From positions 224,001-288,000 of the forward strand of contig CAXXLZ010000001.1 of NCBI GenBank assembly GCA_963675595.2: a DNA stretch of 64,000 nt. Direction: 5' to 3'. How positions within the stretch are numbered: position 1 is the stretch's first letter; each line of letters begins with the position of its first letter. This DNA is from Thermodesulfobacteriota bacterium. Its GTDB lineage: Bacteria; Desulfobacterota; Desulfarculia; JACQYL01. Under the pieces are notes generated by a model that was not told the origin of the DNA, did no database searches, and saw nothing but the letters and a program-made list of their open reading frames with translations. Below are positions 1-9,865 of this stretch, one piece after another. Both the position numbers and the translations under genes were made by a program.

Positions 1-625
1 GATGGGCGTGGGCCAGGGCCAGATGGGCGTTTTGCTCCACCACGAGGAACGTGGTGCCGTTTCTGTTCAGGTCCACGAGCACGGAGAACAGCTCCTTCAT
101 GAGCAGAGGCGCAAGGCCCATGGACGGCTCGTCCAGGAGTATGAAAGAGGCCCCGGTCATGAATGCTCTGCCCGTGGCCAGCATCTGCTGCTCGCCGCCG
201 CTCAGGGTGTCTACTCTCTGACGCTTCCGATCGGCCAGTCGTGGAAAAAGACTGAAGACCCTCCGGTAGTCTTCGGCGATGCCTTCCGGGTCTTTGCGGG
301 CGTAAGTCGCAAGTTTGAGGTTTTCAAAGACCGTCAGGTTGCCGAAAGTGTGTCTTCCCTCCGGAACCAGGGCGATTCGATGCTTGGCCACCACATCGTG
401 GGCGCGGACGTCCAACAGGTCGACCCCTCGGAAAGTGATGCCGCCGTGAGTGACTATGGGGGCCTCGGGAGGAGGAAGGCGCATGATGGAAAGCAGGGTG
501 GTGGATTTCCCGGCGCCGTTGGCGCCCAGTAACGCCACCAATTCCCCGGCTCTCACGTCGAGGGAAACACCGTGCAATGCTTCGATGTTTCCGTATCTGA
601 CCTTGAGGTCCCTGATCTCAAGCAT
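1..625 (-). CDS. livF: Branched-chain amino acid ABC transporter ATP-binding protein (LivF-like), 3'-truncated by window edge
   Basis: Not in the ORF track. Manual translation from ATG at 625 gives MLEIRDLKVRYGNIEALHGVSL, GANGAGKST (Walker A), LSGGEQQML and LLDEPSMGLAP. Overlaps the livG stop. Confidence 0.93.
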   Translation of the reverse strand, partial: MLEIRDLKVRYGNIEALHGVSLDVRAGELVALLGANGAGKSTTLLSIMRLPPPEAPIVTHGGITFRGVDLLDVRAHDVVAKHRIALVPEGRHTFGNLTVFENLKLATYARKDPEGIAEDYRRVFSLFPRLADRKRQRVDTLSGGEQQMLATGRAFMTGASFILLDEPSMGLAPLLMKELFSVLVDLNRNGTTFLVVEQNAHLALAHAH

Positions 626-1394
626 TTCCGGAGTCCCCTCCTCCCAGATAGGCCTCGATGACCTTCTCGTTGTCGCAAACCTCTTGAGGAGAGCCTTCGC
701 AAATGATGCGTCCGAAGTTCAGCACCTGAATACGGTTGCAGAGCGTCATGACCACTCGCATATGGTGTTCGATCAGCCAGATGGTCAGACTGAAATGTTC
801 GTGGATCCATCGGATCGTCTCTATAAGCTGATCTATTTCTCCGGGATTCATGCCGGCGGCGGGTTCGTCCAACAAAAGGAGTTTGGGGCGGGAGGCCAAA
901 GCCCGCCCGATTTCCACTCGTCGCTGCATTCCATAGGGCAGATTCTTCGGCAGTTCGGAAGCGAATCGGGAAAGTCCCATGATCTCGAGAACTTCTTCGG
1001 CGGCCTTTATTGTCCTACGTTCCGACTCCCGGAATCTCCGGTTGCGAAGGACGGCGTCCACCAATCCGTAACCCAGTCCGCTGTGTTGGGAGATGCAGAG
1101 GTTTTCCAGGACGGTCAGGCTGTTCCAAAGACGAATGTTCTGGAAAGTTCGTGATAACCCGAGAGAAGTCACGGAGTGGGGGCGCAGTCCTTTGATGGTT
1201 TCACCTAATAACAGAATATCACCGCGGGTCGGCTGATAAAATCCGCAGGCCAGGTTGAATACCGTAGTTTTGCCCGCTCCGTTGGGTCCGATGAGTCCCA
1301 CGAATTCGCCCGGCTCCAACTTGAGTCGGTAGTCTTGCAGGGCGGTCAGTCCGCCGAAGGAATGCGTGAGGTCTCTGATTTCCAGGAGCGCCAT
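618..1394 (-). CDS. livG: Branched-chain amino acid ABC transporter ATP-binding protein (LivG-like)
   Basis: GPNGAGKTT, RTFQNIRL, LPYGMQRRVEI, LLLLDEPAAGMN and C-terminal VIEAYLG. Confidence 0.95.
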   Translation of the reverse strand: MALLEIRDLTHSFGGLTALQDYRLKLEPGEFVGLIGPNGAGKTTVFNLACGFYQPTRGDILLLGETIKGLRPHSVTSLGLSRTFQNIRLWNSLTVLENLCISQHSGLGYGLVDAVLRNRRFRESERRTIKAAEEVLEIMGLSRFASELPKNLPYGMQRRVEIGRALASRPKLLLLDEPAAGMNPGEIDQLIETIRWIHEHFSLTIWLIEHHMRVVMTLCNRIQVLNFGRIICEGSPQEVCDNEKVIEAYLGGGDSGNA

Positions 1395-1400
1395 GTCGGG

Positions 1401-2426
1401 TTACGGTTCCTTGGATGCGAACCACCGACGCAACTTGGGAAAGACGGTGGTGAGCTCTCGATTTCCCATGAGTCCTTCGGGCCGGAACAGCATGAGAAGG
1501 ATGAGCAACATAGGGATAATGACCCATTTGAGCACCTGCAGGGGGCGCAGCAGTTCGAGCAGGATGGTGAATCCTACGGCGCTGAGTATCGAGCCGCTCA
1601 AAGAGCCCATGCCTCCCAGGTAGACCATGACCATGACCTCGGTGGATTTCAGTATGGTGAAGGACCCCGGGTTGATGTACCCCAAAATGTGTGCGAACAA
1701 ACCCCCCGCCACACCCGCCAGGCCGGAGGACAGCATGAACGCGGTGATCTTCATCTTCCTCGTGTCCACGCTCATGATTTCCGCGGAAATTTCATCGTCG
1801 CGGATGGCCATGATTCCTTTGCCGTAGACCGAATTGACGAAACGGTGAATTACGTAGACGCACAGCCCCACGAATACCATGATCCAGATCATGGTCCAAG
1901 GCAGGTCCCAGACCTCCTCCATGGCGTTGACCACTTTTCGCATTCCCATAAAGCCGCGGGCGCCCCCGATGGCCTGCACGTTCTCCACCCCGCTCTTGAC
2001 GATGTAGTTTACCGCCAGGGTGATAATCGCCAGGTAATCGCCGCGGGTTCGAAAGGACGGAATCGCCACCAGAAGCCCGGCGAGGGCCGCGCCCACCCCT
2101 CCGACCACAAGTGTGAAGGGAAACAAAAAAAGGGCGCTCTCAGGAGGCAGCACCGGCGGACCGAATACACGATCGGACGCAAAAAGCCATACGTTCAATA
2201 CGGAGGTGATGTAGGCTCCCACGGCCATGAAACCTGCGTGGCCGCACGAAAACTCCCCCATGTAGCCGTTGATCAGATTGAGAGAGGAGGAGAGGATGAC
2301 GTTGATCCCGATAAACATCAAGACAATCTGCACATAGGCATTGATCCAGTTGCCGCGGGTTGCGGCTAGAATCGCCAGGCAGAGCAGGGCGTAAAGCGCA
2401 TAGGAGGAATAGGATCGTATGGGCAT
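1401..2426 (-). CDS. livM: Branched-chain amino acid ABC transporter permease (LivM-like)
   Basis: Multi-TM protein with GEFSCGHAGFMAVGAY, RGDYLAIITL, GGMGSLSG and FRPEGLMG. Confidence 0.95.
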   Translation of the reverse strand: MPIRSYSSYALYALLCLAILAATRGNWINAYVQIVLMFIGINVILSSSLNLINGYMGEFSCGHAGFMAVGAYITSVLNVWLFASDRVFGPPVLPPESALFLFPFTLVVGGVGAALAGLLVAIPSFRTRGDYLAIITLAVNYIVKSGVENVQAIGGARGFMGMRKVVNAMEEVWDLPWTMIWIMVFVGLCVYVIHRFVNSVYGKGIMAIRDDEISAEIMSVDTRKMKITAFMLSSGLAGVAGGLFAHILGYINPGSFTILKSTEVMVMVYLGGMGSLSGSILSAVGFTILLELLRPLQVLKWVIIPMLLILLMLFRPEGLMGNRELTTVFPKLRRWFASKEP

Positions 2427-2430
2427 GGAG

Positions 2431-3363
2431 TCAGATTTTCGTTGCCCGCGCCATACCGAAAAATCCGGTGGGCTTGACGCTCAAAAAGATCAGCAACACG
2501 GAAAAGGCGATCAGGTCGCGAAGCGTGGATGGAAACAGCGCCGCCACGAAGATTTCCACGAAACCCAACATGAAACCGCCCACCAGCGCTCCTCGGATAT
2601 CCCCGATGCCTCCCACCACGGCGGCGATGAAGGCCTTCCAGCCGATAAGCGCCCCCATGTAGGGTTCCAGTACCGGGTAGGCGGTGACGAAGAGCACGCC
2701 CGCCAACGCGGCCATGGAGGACCCTAAAACAAAGGTGAACACGATGACCGTGTCCACCGGGATTCCCATAAGCGGAACGGCGAACCGGTCGTAGGAGATG
2801 GCCCTCATGGCCATACCCAGCTTGGTCTTCCGGACGATGGTTTCCAAGAAAAGGAACACGCAGATCGTGGTAATGATCACCAGGAGCTTGACGTTGGTCA
2901 CCACCACCTCGCCCCATTGGAACACGGCCTTTGGAATGATTTCAGGGAAGCTACGACGGCCGGCTCCCAGGAGCGCCAGATTGCCGTGTTCCAACACCAG
3001 CCCCGCCATCAGGGCGGTGATGACCACGTAAAGGCGTGCCGCTCCCCTCCTCCGGAGGGGCCGGTAGGCCACGCGTTCGATGGTGACTCCCACGCCTGCC
3101 GTGAGGATCATGGTGACAATCACCGTGGCGATGAAAAGCAGACCGGCGGAGAGTCCCGAGGGGACGGAAAAGGCTTGGATTCCGATGAGGAATGTGGCGA
3201 CGAAGAAGCCGATGTAGGCTCCGACCATGAAGATGTCGCCGTGGGCGAAGTTAATCAGCAGCAGGACACCGTATACCAACGTGTACCCTAAAGCGATGAG
3301 AGCGTAGAAACTTCCCCATTGGAGTGCGTTCAGCAGGTTCTGCAGAAAAACATCAAGGGTCAA
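2431..3363 (-). CDS. livH: Branched-chain amino acid ABC transporter permease (LivH-like)
   Basis: ALIALGYTLVYGVLLLINFAHG, KAFIAAVVGGIG and KPTG; TTG start with upstream AAGAAGGAAG. Confidence 0.95.
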   Translation of the reverse strand: MTLDVFLQNLLNALQWGSFYALIALGYTLVYGVLLLINFAHGDIFMVGAYIGFFVATFLIGIQAFSVPSGLSAGLLFIATVIVTMILTAGVGVTIERVAYRPLRRRGAARLYVVITALMAGLVLEHGNLALLGAGRRSFPEIIPKAVFQWGEVVVTNVKLLVIITTICVFLFLETIVRKTKLGMAMRAISYDRFAVPLMGIPVDTVIVFTFVLGSSMAALAGVLFVTAYPVLEPYMGALIGWKAFIAAVVGGIGDIRGALVGGFMLGFVEIFVAALFPSTLRDLIAFSVLLIFLSVKPTGFFGMARATKI

Positions 3364-3515
3364 ATCTTACTTCCTTCTTGAGTGCCGATATGGAGGAGCG
3401 AACCTTGGCCCGAACCCGCGCACACGAGTACCGACGGTCGTGAGTGCGGACTTCCGCTCTCACGATCTCTTCATAGCCGGCGAGGCGGCTTTCCGTCGCG
3501 AGGGCGGAAGATTCC

Positions 3516-4685
3516 CTATTCGGGACACACGGACTTGTAGAATTCGTATTCACCTTGATCGTTGATTTTGACCACCACGGCGCACTTGGACGGATCGCCG
3601 GACTCGGTGAAGCTCATTCGTCCGGTGATGCCTTCGAAGTCCTTGATCTTGGCCAATTGGTTTCTCACCGCATCCCGATCCTTTTCAAGCTTCCCCTTGA
3701 GTCCCCCGGTATTGCGAATCGCTTGGAGCAGCAGGCGCGTGGCGTCCCAGGTCAGGGCCGCCACGTCGTTGGGGACCTTACCGTATCGGTCTTTGTATCG
3801 GTCGATGAACTCTTTGGTCGCCCCTTTGGCTCCCACGGGAGAGTAATGGGTTGTGAAAAAAAGGCCTTTGCAGTCATCGCCGCACAAACCCATCAAGTCG
3901 CCGCTGCCCCAACTATCGCTTCCCAGGACCGGCTTGTCCCAGCCCAACTCGCGAGCCTGCTTCACAATCAGCGGTACTTCTCCGTAGTATTGGGGTACGA
4001 AGAGCACGTCCGCACCGGACTTCGCGATATTGGTGAGCTGGGCGCTGAAGTCGGAATCCTTGGTGGTGAAGGTCTCGAAGGCCACGATGGAATCTTTGCC
4101 GTGTTTAGATTCGAAGGCGTGTTTGAAGTCGTTGGCCAGTCCGTTGGGGTAATCGCTGGCGATGTCGTAAAGCACGGCCGCTTTTGTGGCTCCGAATTCC
4201 TGCGTCGCGAAATTCGCCGCCACCGGACCCTGGAATGTGTCGAGGAAGCAAGCCCTGAAAACATAGGGACGATTCAGGGTGGTATTGGGGTTCGTGGACC
4301 AGGGAGAAATCATGGGAGTACCGAACGAGTCGGCGGTTTCCCCGGCGGGCACCGCCTGCTTGCTGGCCTGAGGGCCTATGAGGGCCAGTACCTCGTTCTG
4401 CGTGATGAGCTTGAGAGCGGCCGCCGTGGCGGATTCCGCTTTTTCTTCATTGTCTTCGTAAAGGAATCGGAGTTTGTAGGTCTTGTCGCCCACTTTGAGG
4501 CCGCCTCCGTTATTGATGTCGTCCTTGAGCATTTCGGCGGCTTGTTTGGAGCTCTCTCCCACATCCGGGATCCCTCCGGTCATGGGCAGGTTGAAGCCGA
4601 TCCTGATCTCTTCCGCCAAGGCCCTTCCCTGGAGAAAAAAGAACAACCCCATCACCGCGACTGCACAAACCAGAACCTTCCGCAT
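3516..4685 (-). CDS. livK: Branched-chain amino acid ABC transporter substrate-binding protein (LivK/LivJ family)
   Basis: Signal peptide MRKVLVCAVAVMG...ALA, IRIGFNLPMTG, FRACFLDTFQG, DFSAQLT and FEGITG. Start chosen at the ATG with GGAGG RBS. Confidence 0.92.
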   Translation of the reverse strand: MRKVLVCAVAVMGLFFFLQGRALAEEIRIGFNLPMTGGIPDVGESSKQAAEMLKDDINNGGGLKVGDKTYKLRFLYEDNEEKAESATAAALKLITQNEVLALIGPQASKQAVPAGETADSFGTPMISPWSTNPNTTLNRPYVFRACFLDTFQGPVAANFATQEFGATKAAVLYDIASDYPNGLANDFKHAFESKHGKDSIVAFETFTTKDSDFSAQLTNIAKSGADVLFVPQYYGEVPLIVKQARELGWDKPVLGSDSWGSGDLMGLCGDDCKGLFFTTHYSPVGAKGATKEFIDRYKDRYGKVPNDVAALTWDATRLLLQAIRNTGGLKGKLEKDRDAVRNQLAKIKDFEGITGRMSFTESGDPSKCAVVVKINDQGEYEFYKSVCPE

Positions 4686-4839
4686 GGCGCGACCTCCGTC
4701 GTGGACTGAATGTATCGACAAAACGACCTGTTCGTTCTCCTTTCCTCATGGAAAACTGAATGCGCATTCTAAAACATCGGACGTGGTTTGGTCCAGTTTC
4801 GAAGTGAAGACGGTTGTTCGGGACTGAACGTCGCGACGA

Positions 4840-5721
4840 TCAGTCCCGCTTGAGTCCCGCCATCTCCGCCAGGATCGCACAAACCGACGCGGTGTCTTCC
4901 TTGTCCCGACCGTGGGCCAGGGCGTTGGTGTAGACTTGAGCCGAGGCGGCGAAGAGTGGGGTGGGACATTTGAGCTCATCGGCGAAGTCTCTGATGATCG
5001 TCATGTCTTTCCGCCAGATATCCACTTTCATGGTGGCCTGATCGTACTTATTGGCCACCATCATAGGACCCCGTACTTCGAACATGCGCGATGTTCCCGC
5101 ACCGTCGCCCACGACTTCCAGGATTTGCTGCGGGTCGAGTCCGGCTTTCATGCCCAACACGAACGCCTCGGCGGCGGATACATTGTGGATGGCCACCAAC
5201 AGATTGGCCACGAATTTCATTTTGGAGCCGTCCCCGTATTCTCCTATGAAGTAATGAGAACGAGCGAAGCCCTCAAATACGGAAATGCACTGCTCGTAGG
5301 CCTCCTTCTTGCCGCTCGCGTATACGGAAAGGTCTTTGGTGACGGCCTGAGCTCCGGTTCCGCTCAAAGGGCAGTCCAACGTCTCGGCACCCGACTCCTC
5401 CAGTATATTCTTCACTTGCAGCTTGGTTTCCAGGGGCATGGTGCTGCATTCCACGAAAATTTGTCCGGATCCCGCGGCGGCCGCCGCTTCCCAAGCCGAC
5501 TCAAGCACCGACGCCTTCGTGGGAAGGACGGACACGATGACACGGCATTTCCGGGCCAGTTCACGGGCCGAAGTCGTACTCAAACCGCCCATTGCTTTCA
5601 GTGCATCCACCTTTTCCGGGACCACGTCATACCCCATGACCGTAAAACCGGCTTCCAGCAGGTTCTTCGACATCGCGGAACCCATAATGCCCAAGCCGAG
5701 CACGCCCACCGTTTTTTCCAT
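4840..5721 (-). CDS. NAD(P)-dependent 3-hydroxyacid dehydrogenase (3-hydroxyisobutyrate/tartronate semialdehyde reductase family)
   Basis: GVLGLGIMG Rossmann motif, DCPLSGTG and catalytic Lys in KMKFVANLL. Confidence 0.9.
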   Translation of the reverse strand: MEKTVGVLGLGIMGSAMSKNLLEAGFTVMGYDVVPEKVDALKAMGGLSTTSARELARKCRVIVSVLPTKASVLESAWEAAAAAGSGQIFVECSTMPLETKLQVKNILEESGAETLDCPLSGTGAQAVTKDLSVYASGKKEAYEQCISVFEGFARSHYFIGEYGDGSKMKFVANLLVAIHNVSAAEAFVLGMKAGLDPQQILEVVGDGAGTSRMFEVRGPMMVANKYDQATMKVDIWRKDMTIIRDFADELKCPTPLFAASAQVYTNALAHGRDKEDTASVCAILAEMAGLKRD

Positions 5722-5803
5722 TTGCTTTTCCTCTCTTGCAGCAGTTTGCGGATGGAAGAGACACCCGACCAGGCATCCGTCCTTCTTTGGTTTCTTCCGA
5801 CTC

Positions 5804-6238
5804 TTATTCTCCAATGTCCGGTTTCAGGCCGGCGCTTATTACACCGTGCACGGCGCACTCTTCGTCGCGGTCCGAAGTGTCGCCGCTGACGCCGACCGCG
5901 CCCATCAGCACACCCTGATCGTCGCGAATGAGTACACCACCGGGCAGGGGCACCATTTTGCCGCCGGACATGGCGGCCAAGGCGTTAAAAAAAACCGGCA
6001 TTTTTTCCGCGCGACGCGACAGCTCCCGGGAAGCGAAGCCCATACCCAGGGCGCCCCAAGCTTTTCCAAGGGCGATTTCGACCCTCATCAGGCCCGACCC
6101 GTCCTGACGTTTCACTACCTTGAAATGGCCCCCCGTGTCCAACACCACTACGGTGAGGGGATCACAATCGATATCGCCGCCTTTCGACAAAACGGCGTCC
6201 GCAATGGCGGACGCCTTTTCCAGACCAATATTGGCCAT
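5804..6238 (-). CDS. GlcG/HbpS family heme-binding protein
   Basis: VVVLDTGG, RQDG, IALGKAWGA and PLPGGVLI...GAVGVSGDTSDRDE. Confidence 0.92.
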   Translation of the reverse strand: MANIGLEKASAIADAVLSKGGDIDCDPLTVVVLDTGGHFKVVKRQDGSGLMRVEIALGKAWGALGMGFASRELSRRAEKMPVFFNALAAMSGGKMVPLPGGVLIRDDQGVLMGAVGVSGDTSDRDEECAVHGVISAGLKPDIGE

Positions 6239-6280
6239 GCCGTCTTCTCCTTATTCGGGTAAACAGTTGAAGGACGCGGT

Positions 6281-6330
6281 ACTTGAAGGTGAGGCGCCCG
6301 CCGAGCCGCCAAGCGGCGACGGCTCGCCCC
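6281..6330. repeat. Degenerate REP-like palindromic element
   Basis: GAAGGTGAGGCGCCCGCCGAGCC followed by the stem CGAGCCG (6302-6308)/CGGCTCG (6320-6326). Resembles, from recall, the GGAGGGCGAGGCTCCxGCCGAGCC interspersed repeat class. Intergenic. Confidence 0.45.
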
Positions 6331-6401
6331 GACTGATCACACCGGCGTGCGGGCCCTGGACGATCTCTTAACGAGCTACATGGATATGGGCGCCGTCTCG
6401 C

Positions 6402-7001
6402 CTATTTCAGTATGGAATCCGCTATTCGAGAAGCCAGAAAGGCGACGCGGGCGGTTTCCTCCACCAGTTCCGCAAGATTCTGCGCTTCGGTGACGTCCGC
6501 TCCGGCGGTGATGATGCCGTGCTCCGCCAACAGGGCGGCTCGCACCGTGGGCTCGGAGAAGGCCCGCTTCAAAGCTGAGGACAATTCGGGACTCCCCTCT
6601 CCGGGAGGCGTGATCAGCGGCACGCGTTGCAGGGTGCGACGGGCGTGCACCGTGGGTAAGGGCAATTCGCAACCGGCGGCCGCGTAGGCTGTGGCGTAAG
6701 GGGGATGATAGTGCACGACGGCTCCGGTTTGGGGAGCCGCCTCGTAAATCGCCAGATGAGAGCCGAATTCCTTGGTAGGCTTGCCCGACCCCTTCACGAG
6801 ACGGCCTTGTCCGTCGCAGATCAGTAACTCCTCGGGAGTTAGATCGACCAGAGCCTTACCGCTGGGCTTGACTAGGAAGTCCGATGGATTGAGGCGTATG
6901 CTGATGTTGCCCCCGGTGGACATTTGAAGCCCCAGGGAAAAAGCTCTCCGACAGACTCCGATAAAGCGAAGGCGAACTTCTTTTTCTTCAAGAGGTTCCA
7001 C
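6402..7001 (-). CDS. Class II aldolase/adducin family protein
   Basis: STGGNISIR, KPSG, KPTKE, VVHYHPPY and AEHG metal-binding motifs. GTG start at 7001 with GGAGA RBS (start uncertain). Confidence 0.9.
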   Translation of the reverse strand: MEPLEEKEVRLRFIGVCRRAFSLGLQMSTGGNISIRLNPSDFLVKPSGKALVDLTPEELLICDGQGRLVKGSGKPTKEFGSHLAIYEAAPQTGAVVHYHPPYATAYAAAGCELPLPTVHARRTLQRVPLITPPGEGSPELSSALKRAFSEPTVRAALLAEHGIITAGADVTEAQNLAELVEETARVAFLASRIADSILK

Positions 7002-7107
7002 GATTGTCTCCGGTTGCGACGCAAAGGCGCCGCAGCCCATGGAGGTATTGTTGTCGGCAAGTGACCCGGAAATGGTTTCTCGGAGAATTTCCTTGGTCGA
7101 TGTCGTT

Positions 7108-7860
7108 TCAGGGCCAATGGTCCTGTTTGTACACCCCGGTACCATGACCGGTCAGCACCGTGTCCGCCCGTTGAATGATCTTCTCCATGCCTTCATACAG
7201 CTGGAATACGTTCACGAAACGGCCCATAGGGGTGAAACTCAGACCGCGTTTCTTGTCCGGCAGCAGGTTTTCGTCGGCGAAAACCGCGTCGCCCGCGATG
7301 ACGAAGACTCCCGAATCGGTTCGGATTTCGACCGACTGGTGCCCGGGACAATGGCCGGGGGTGGGAAACATGGTGACGGCGGCACTGAAGGCGTGCTCTC
7401 CGGCCACGGTGTGAAACTCAACCCCCTTGAAGGGCGGCACGGCTCCCAGTTTTTCCGAGTTATAGGATTTGTAATAAAGGATATGGGGGTCCAGGGCGAA
7501 AGCCAGTTCGTTCTCGTGAACCCAGAATTCGGCGTTCTTGAAAAGCTTCATATTGGCGCAGTGATCCCAATGCAGGTGCGTAAAGATCACGGCGTCGATT
7601 TCCTCGGGACTCACTCCCAATGCGGCCAAACGTTCGTCGATGCGGTATCCTTCCGGCTGGTAGGAACCCGGGTGGTGCCAGTCCGCTTCTTCGGTCGCGG
7701 CCATGCCCGTGTCCACTAAAATCTTCTTGTTGGCGTCCTCCACATAGAAAGCGTTGCAGGGGACCTGAACCTCGACCCCATAGCCGTGTCCGCCGGTGAT
7801 GTATACGCCTTTATCCAGAGAGATGTACCCCGTGTTCAGCGGGGTGATTCTTGTGCCCAT
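7108..7860 (-). CDS. Metallo-beta-lactamase fold hydrolase, N-acyl homoserine lactonase-like family
   Basis: ILVDTG, THLHWDH, TPGHCPGHQS, AGDA and TGH. Confidence 0.9.
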   Translation of the reverse strand: MGTRITPLNTGYISLDKGVYITGGHGYGVEVQVPCNAFYVEDANKKILVDTGMAATEEADWHHPGSYQPEGYRIDERLAALGVSPEEIDAVIFTHLHWDHCANMKLFKNAEFWVHENELAFALDPHILYYKSYNSEKLGAVPPFKGVEFHTVAGEHAFSAAVTMFPTPGHCPGHQSVEIRTDSGVFVIAGDAVFADENLLPDKKRGLSFTPMGRFVNVFQLYEGMEKIIQRADTVLTGHGTGVYKQDHWP

Positions 7861-7888
7861 AGATACGTCTTCTCCTTTGGTTGCGAGT

Positions 7889-9100
7889 CTAACGAGGCAG
7901 CAAAGCGGTGATCTCCTCGGCCGCTCGTTTCACGAACGCACCGTCGTTGATATGAAAAGGCAGTTCAATGACTTCAATGGACGAATTCAGCAAGGTCTTC
8001 AGTCGCTCTCTGAACGCACCGTCCGCCTGGGGATCGTAGAATTGCTTGCCTTTGGCATTGGGCTCGGAGAAACCCTCGAGAGGGATCATCACTTTGACCG
8101 GAGCCAAAGCCCGGTTGAGCTTGCCCGCAAGAAAGCCTGCGGCGTTCATCATCTCTTCCGCCGTTGCGCGGACCAAGGTGATGTTCCGGTTATGAACGAT
8201 TACGTTCCGATTTCGCCAATGTGGCGGCATCTTTTCGAAAGGTCCCATGCAGGCATAATCAATGGCGCCGGTTCCCACCACGCAGGGAATTTCTCTCTCG
8301 GCCAGGATATCCAGGTGATCGTCTCTCGCCGCGAATATGCCGCCCGCCTCACGATCCAGAATCTCGTGGGTGGTCCAGTCCAGCAGCAAATCGAAATACC
8401 CCTCCCGTGCAAGGGATTCCATGGCGGCTCCGCCCGTACCGTTGGCATGGAAGAACACCATTTCCAGGTCCGGGCCGGAGAGCAGCCGTCGGAGCTTCAT
8501 AAGTCCGAGGGTGGTCACGCCGAAAGCAGTCGCTCCAACGGTGTGGCGGGCGGGAGCCACGGGAACCGGGGGGTGAAGGACCATGGCCGCGAGGGCGTTG
8601 GCGGCGTTTCCCAGTGTGATCTCGAGTAATCGATTCATGCCCAACATGTCGGCCACGGAAGGAAAGACCGCGATGTCCTTGGACTCGATGAAAGGCCGCA
8701 TGTTTCCGGACGCCAAGGTGGTGACCATTACTTTGGGAAAGCCCAAAGGAGGAATCTGCATGGCGACGGTGGCCATGGAGGTACCTTGGCCGCCCCCCAA
8801 TCCGAGCATGCCGTGGATGGCCCCTCGTTCGTACAGATCGCTCGCCCAGCCGGCAACTCCTCTGGTCATGGAGGCCATGATCAGCCCTTTATCGCCCGAA
8901 GACACCAGATCCGCCAAGTCACAACCCGCCCGTTTCGCCACCTCCTCGCGGGAGATATCCGCCTCGATTCCGGGCTTGCCGAGCGCTCCGCCGTCGATGA
9001 TTCGGGTTGACAGACCGCGGCGTCGAAGGACGTCGCGCACATAAGCCGCCTCTTCGGGTTTCGTATCCAGGGTTACGATGATCAGAACATGCCGGTTCAT
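7889..9100 (-). CDS. Tm-1-like ATP-binding domain protein (UPF0261)
   Basis: TLDTKPEE, GLGGGQGT, LGFPKVMVTTLASG, TAFGVTT, FHANGTGG and HINDGAF. Confidence 0.9.
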   Translation of the reverse strand: MNRHVLIIVTLDTKPEEAAYVRDVLRRRGLSTRIIDGGALGKPGIEADISREEVAKRAGCDLADLVSSGDKGLIMASMTRGVAGWASDLYERGAIHGMLGLGGGQGTSMATVAMQIPPLGFPKVMVTTLASGNMRPFIESKDIAVFPSVADMLGMNRLLEITLGNAANALAAMVLHPPVPVAPARHTVGATAFGVTTLGLMKLRRLLSGPDLEMVFFHANGTGGAAMESLAREGYFDLLLDWTTHEILDREAGGIFAARDDHLDILAEREIPCVVGTGAIDYACMGPFEKMPPHWRNRNVIVHNRNITLVRATAEEMMNAAGFLAGKLNRALAPVKVMIPLEGFSEPNAKGKQFYDPQADGAFRERLKTLLNSSIEVIELPFHINDGAFVKRAAEEITALLPR

Positions 9101-9139
9101 GATGGAACGTCGGAAGAGTCACTGGACATGGATCGTGAC

Positions 9140-9865
9140 CTAAAGTTGGATGCCGCAGTATTTCACCAATGGATCCCGGTCGGAAAGCAGGGCCTGAATA
9201 CCGCATTGATGGCAGATTCTGCCTTTTTCCATGATGTAGACGCGCGATTGGTCGCTGAGGCCGAAAGCCATTTCGTAATTCTGCTCAACCAGTAGTACGG
9301 TCACTCCATCCTGGACGAAGCGCTTCAAGATTTCTCCGATTTCCTTGACCAGGAGGGGCATGACCCCTTCGGAGGGCTCATCCACGAGAATGAGCTTGGG
9401 TTTGGCCACCATGGCTCGAGCCAGAGCCAGCATCTGCTGTTCTCCCCCGCTGAGAGCGTCTCCGCGATTGCTCAGACGTCTCTTCAGATTGGGGAAGTTG
9501 CTGAAGATCAGCTCAAGGCTCTCATCCGTTTCCTGCTGGCTGAGTTTGCCTCTGACCAGCATGGCCAATTTCAGGTTCTCCAGCACGCTCAAGTTGGGGA
9601 TGATGCGCCGTTCTTCAGGCACGAAAGCGATGCCTTTGCGCGCGATTTCATACGGCTTCAAGGACGTGATGTCCGCTCCGTCAAAAATGATCTTTCCGGA
9701 CCGCGCGGACTCGATTCCCATGATGGTCTTCAGAGTGGTGGTTTTGCCCACTCCGTTCCGACCGATGAGAATCACCAGTTCTCCCTGCGCGACCTCGAGA
9801 TCGATGCCCTGGAGGATATGGCTCCGTCCGTAGTAGGTATGTACGTCCTGCAAAGTGAGGAACAT
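9140..9865 (-). CDS. Liv-type ABC transporter ATP-binding protein (LivF-like)
   Basis: YYGRSHIL, GRNGVGKTT, LSGGEQQML and DEPSEG. Confidence 0.93.
   Translation of the reverse strand: MFLTLQDVHTYYGRSHILQGIDLEVAQGELVILIGRNGVGKTTTLKTIMGIESARSGKIIFDGADITSLKPYEIARKGIAFVPEERRIIPNLSVLENLKLAMLVRGKLSQQETDESLELIFSNFPNLKRRLSNRGDALSGGEQQMLALARAMVAKPKLILVDEPSEGVMPLLVKEIGEILKRFVQDGVTVLLVEQNYEMAFGLSDQSRVYIMEKGRICHQCGIQALLSDRDPLVKYCGIQL

Noticed and set aside
7108-7860. Quorum-quenching role for the AHL-lactonase-like gene
   Set aside because: The family is broad and the gene is embedded in a catabolic operon; there is no quorum-sensing context.
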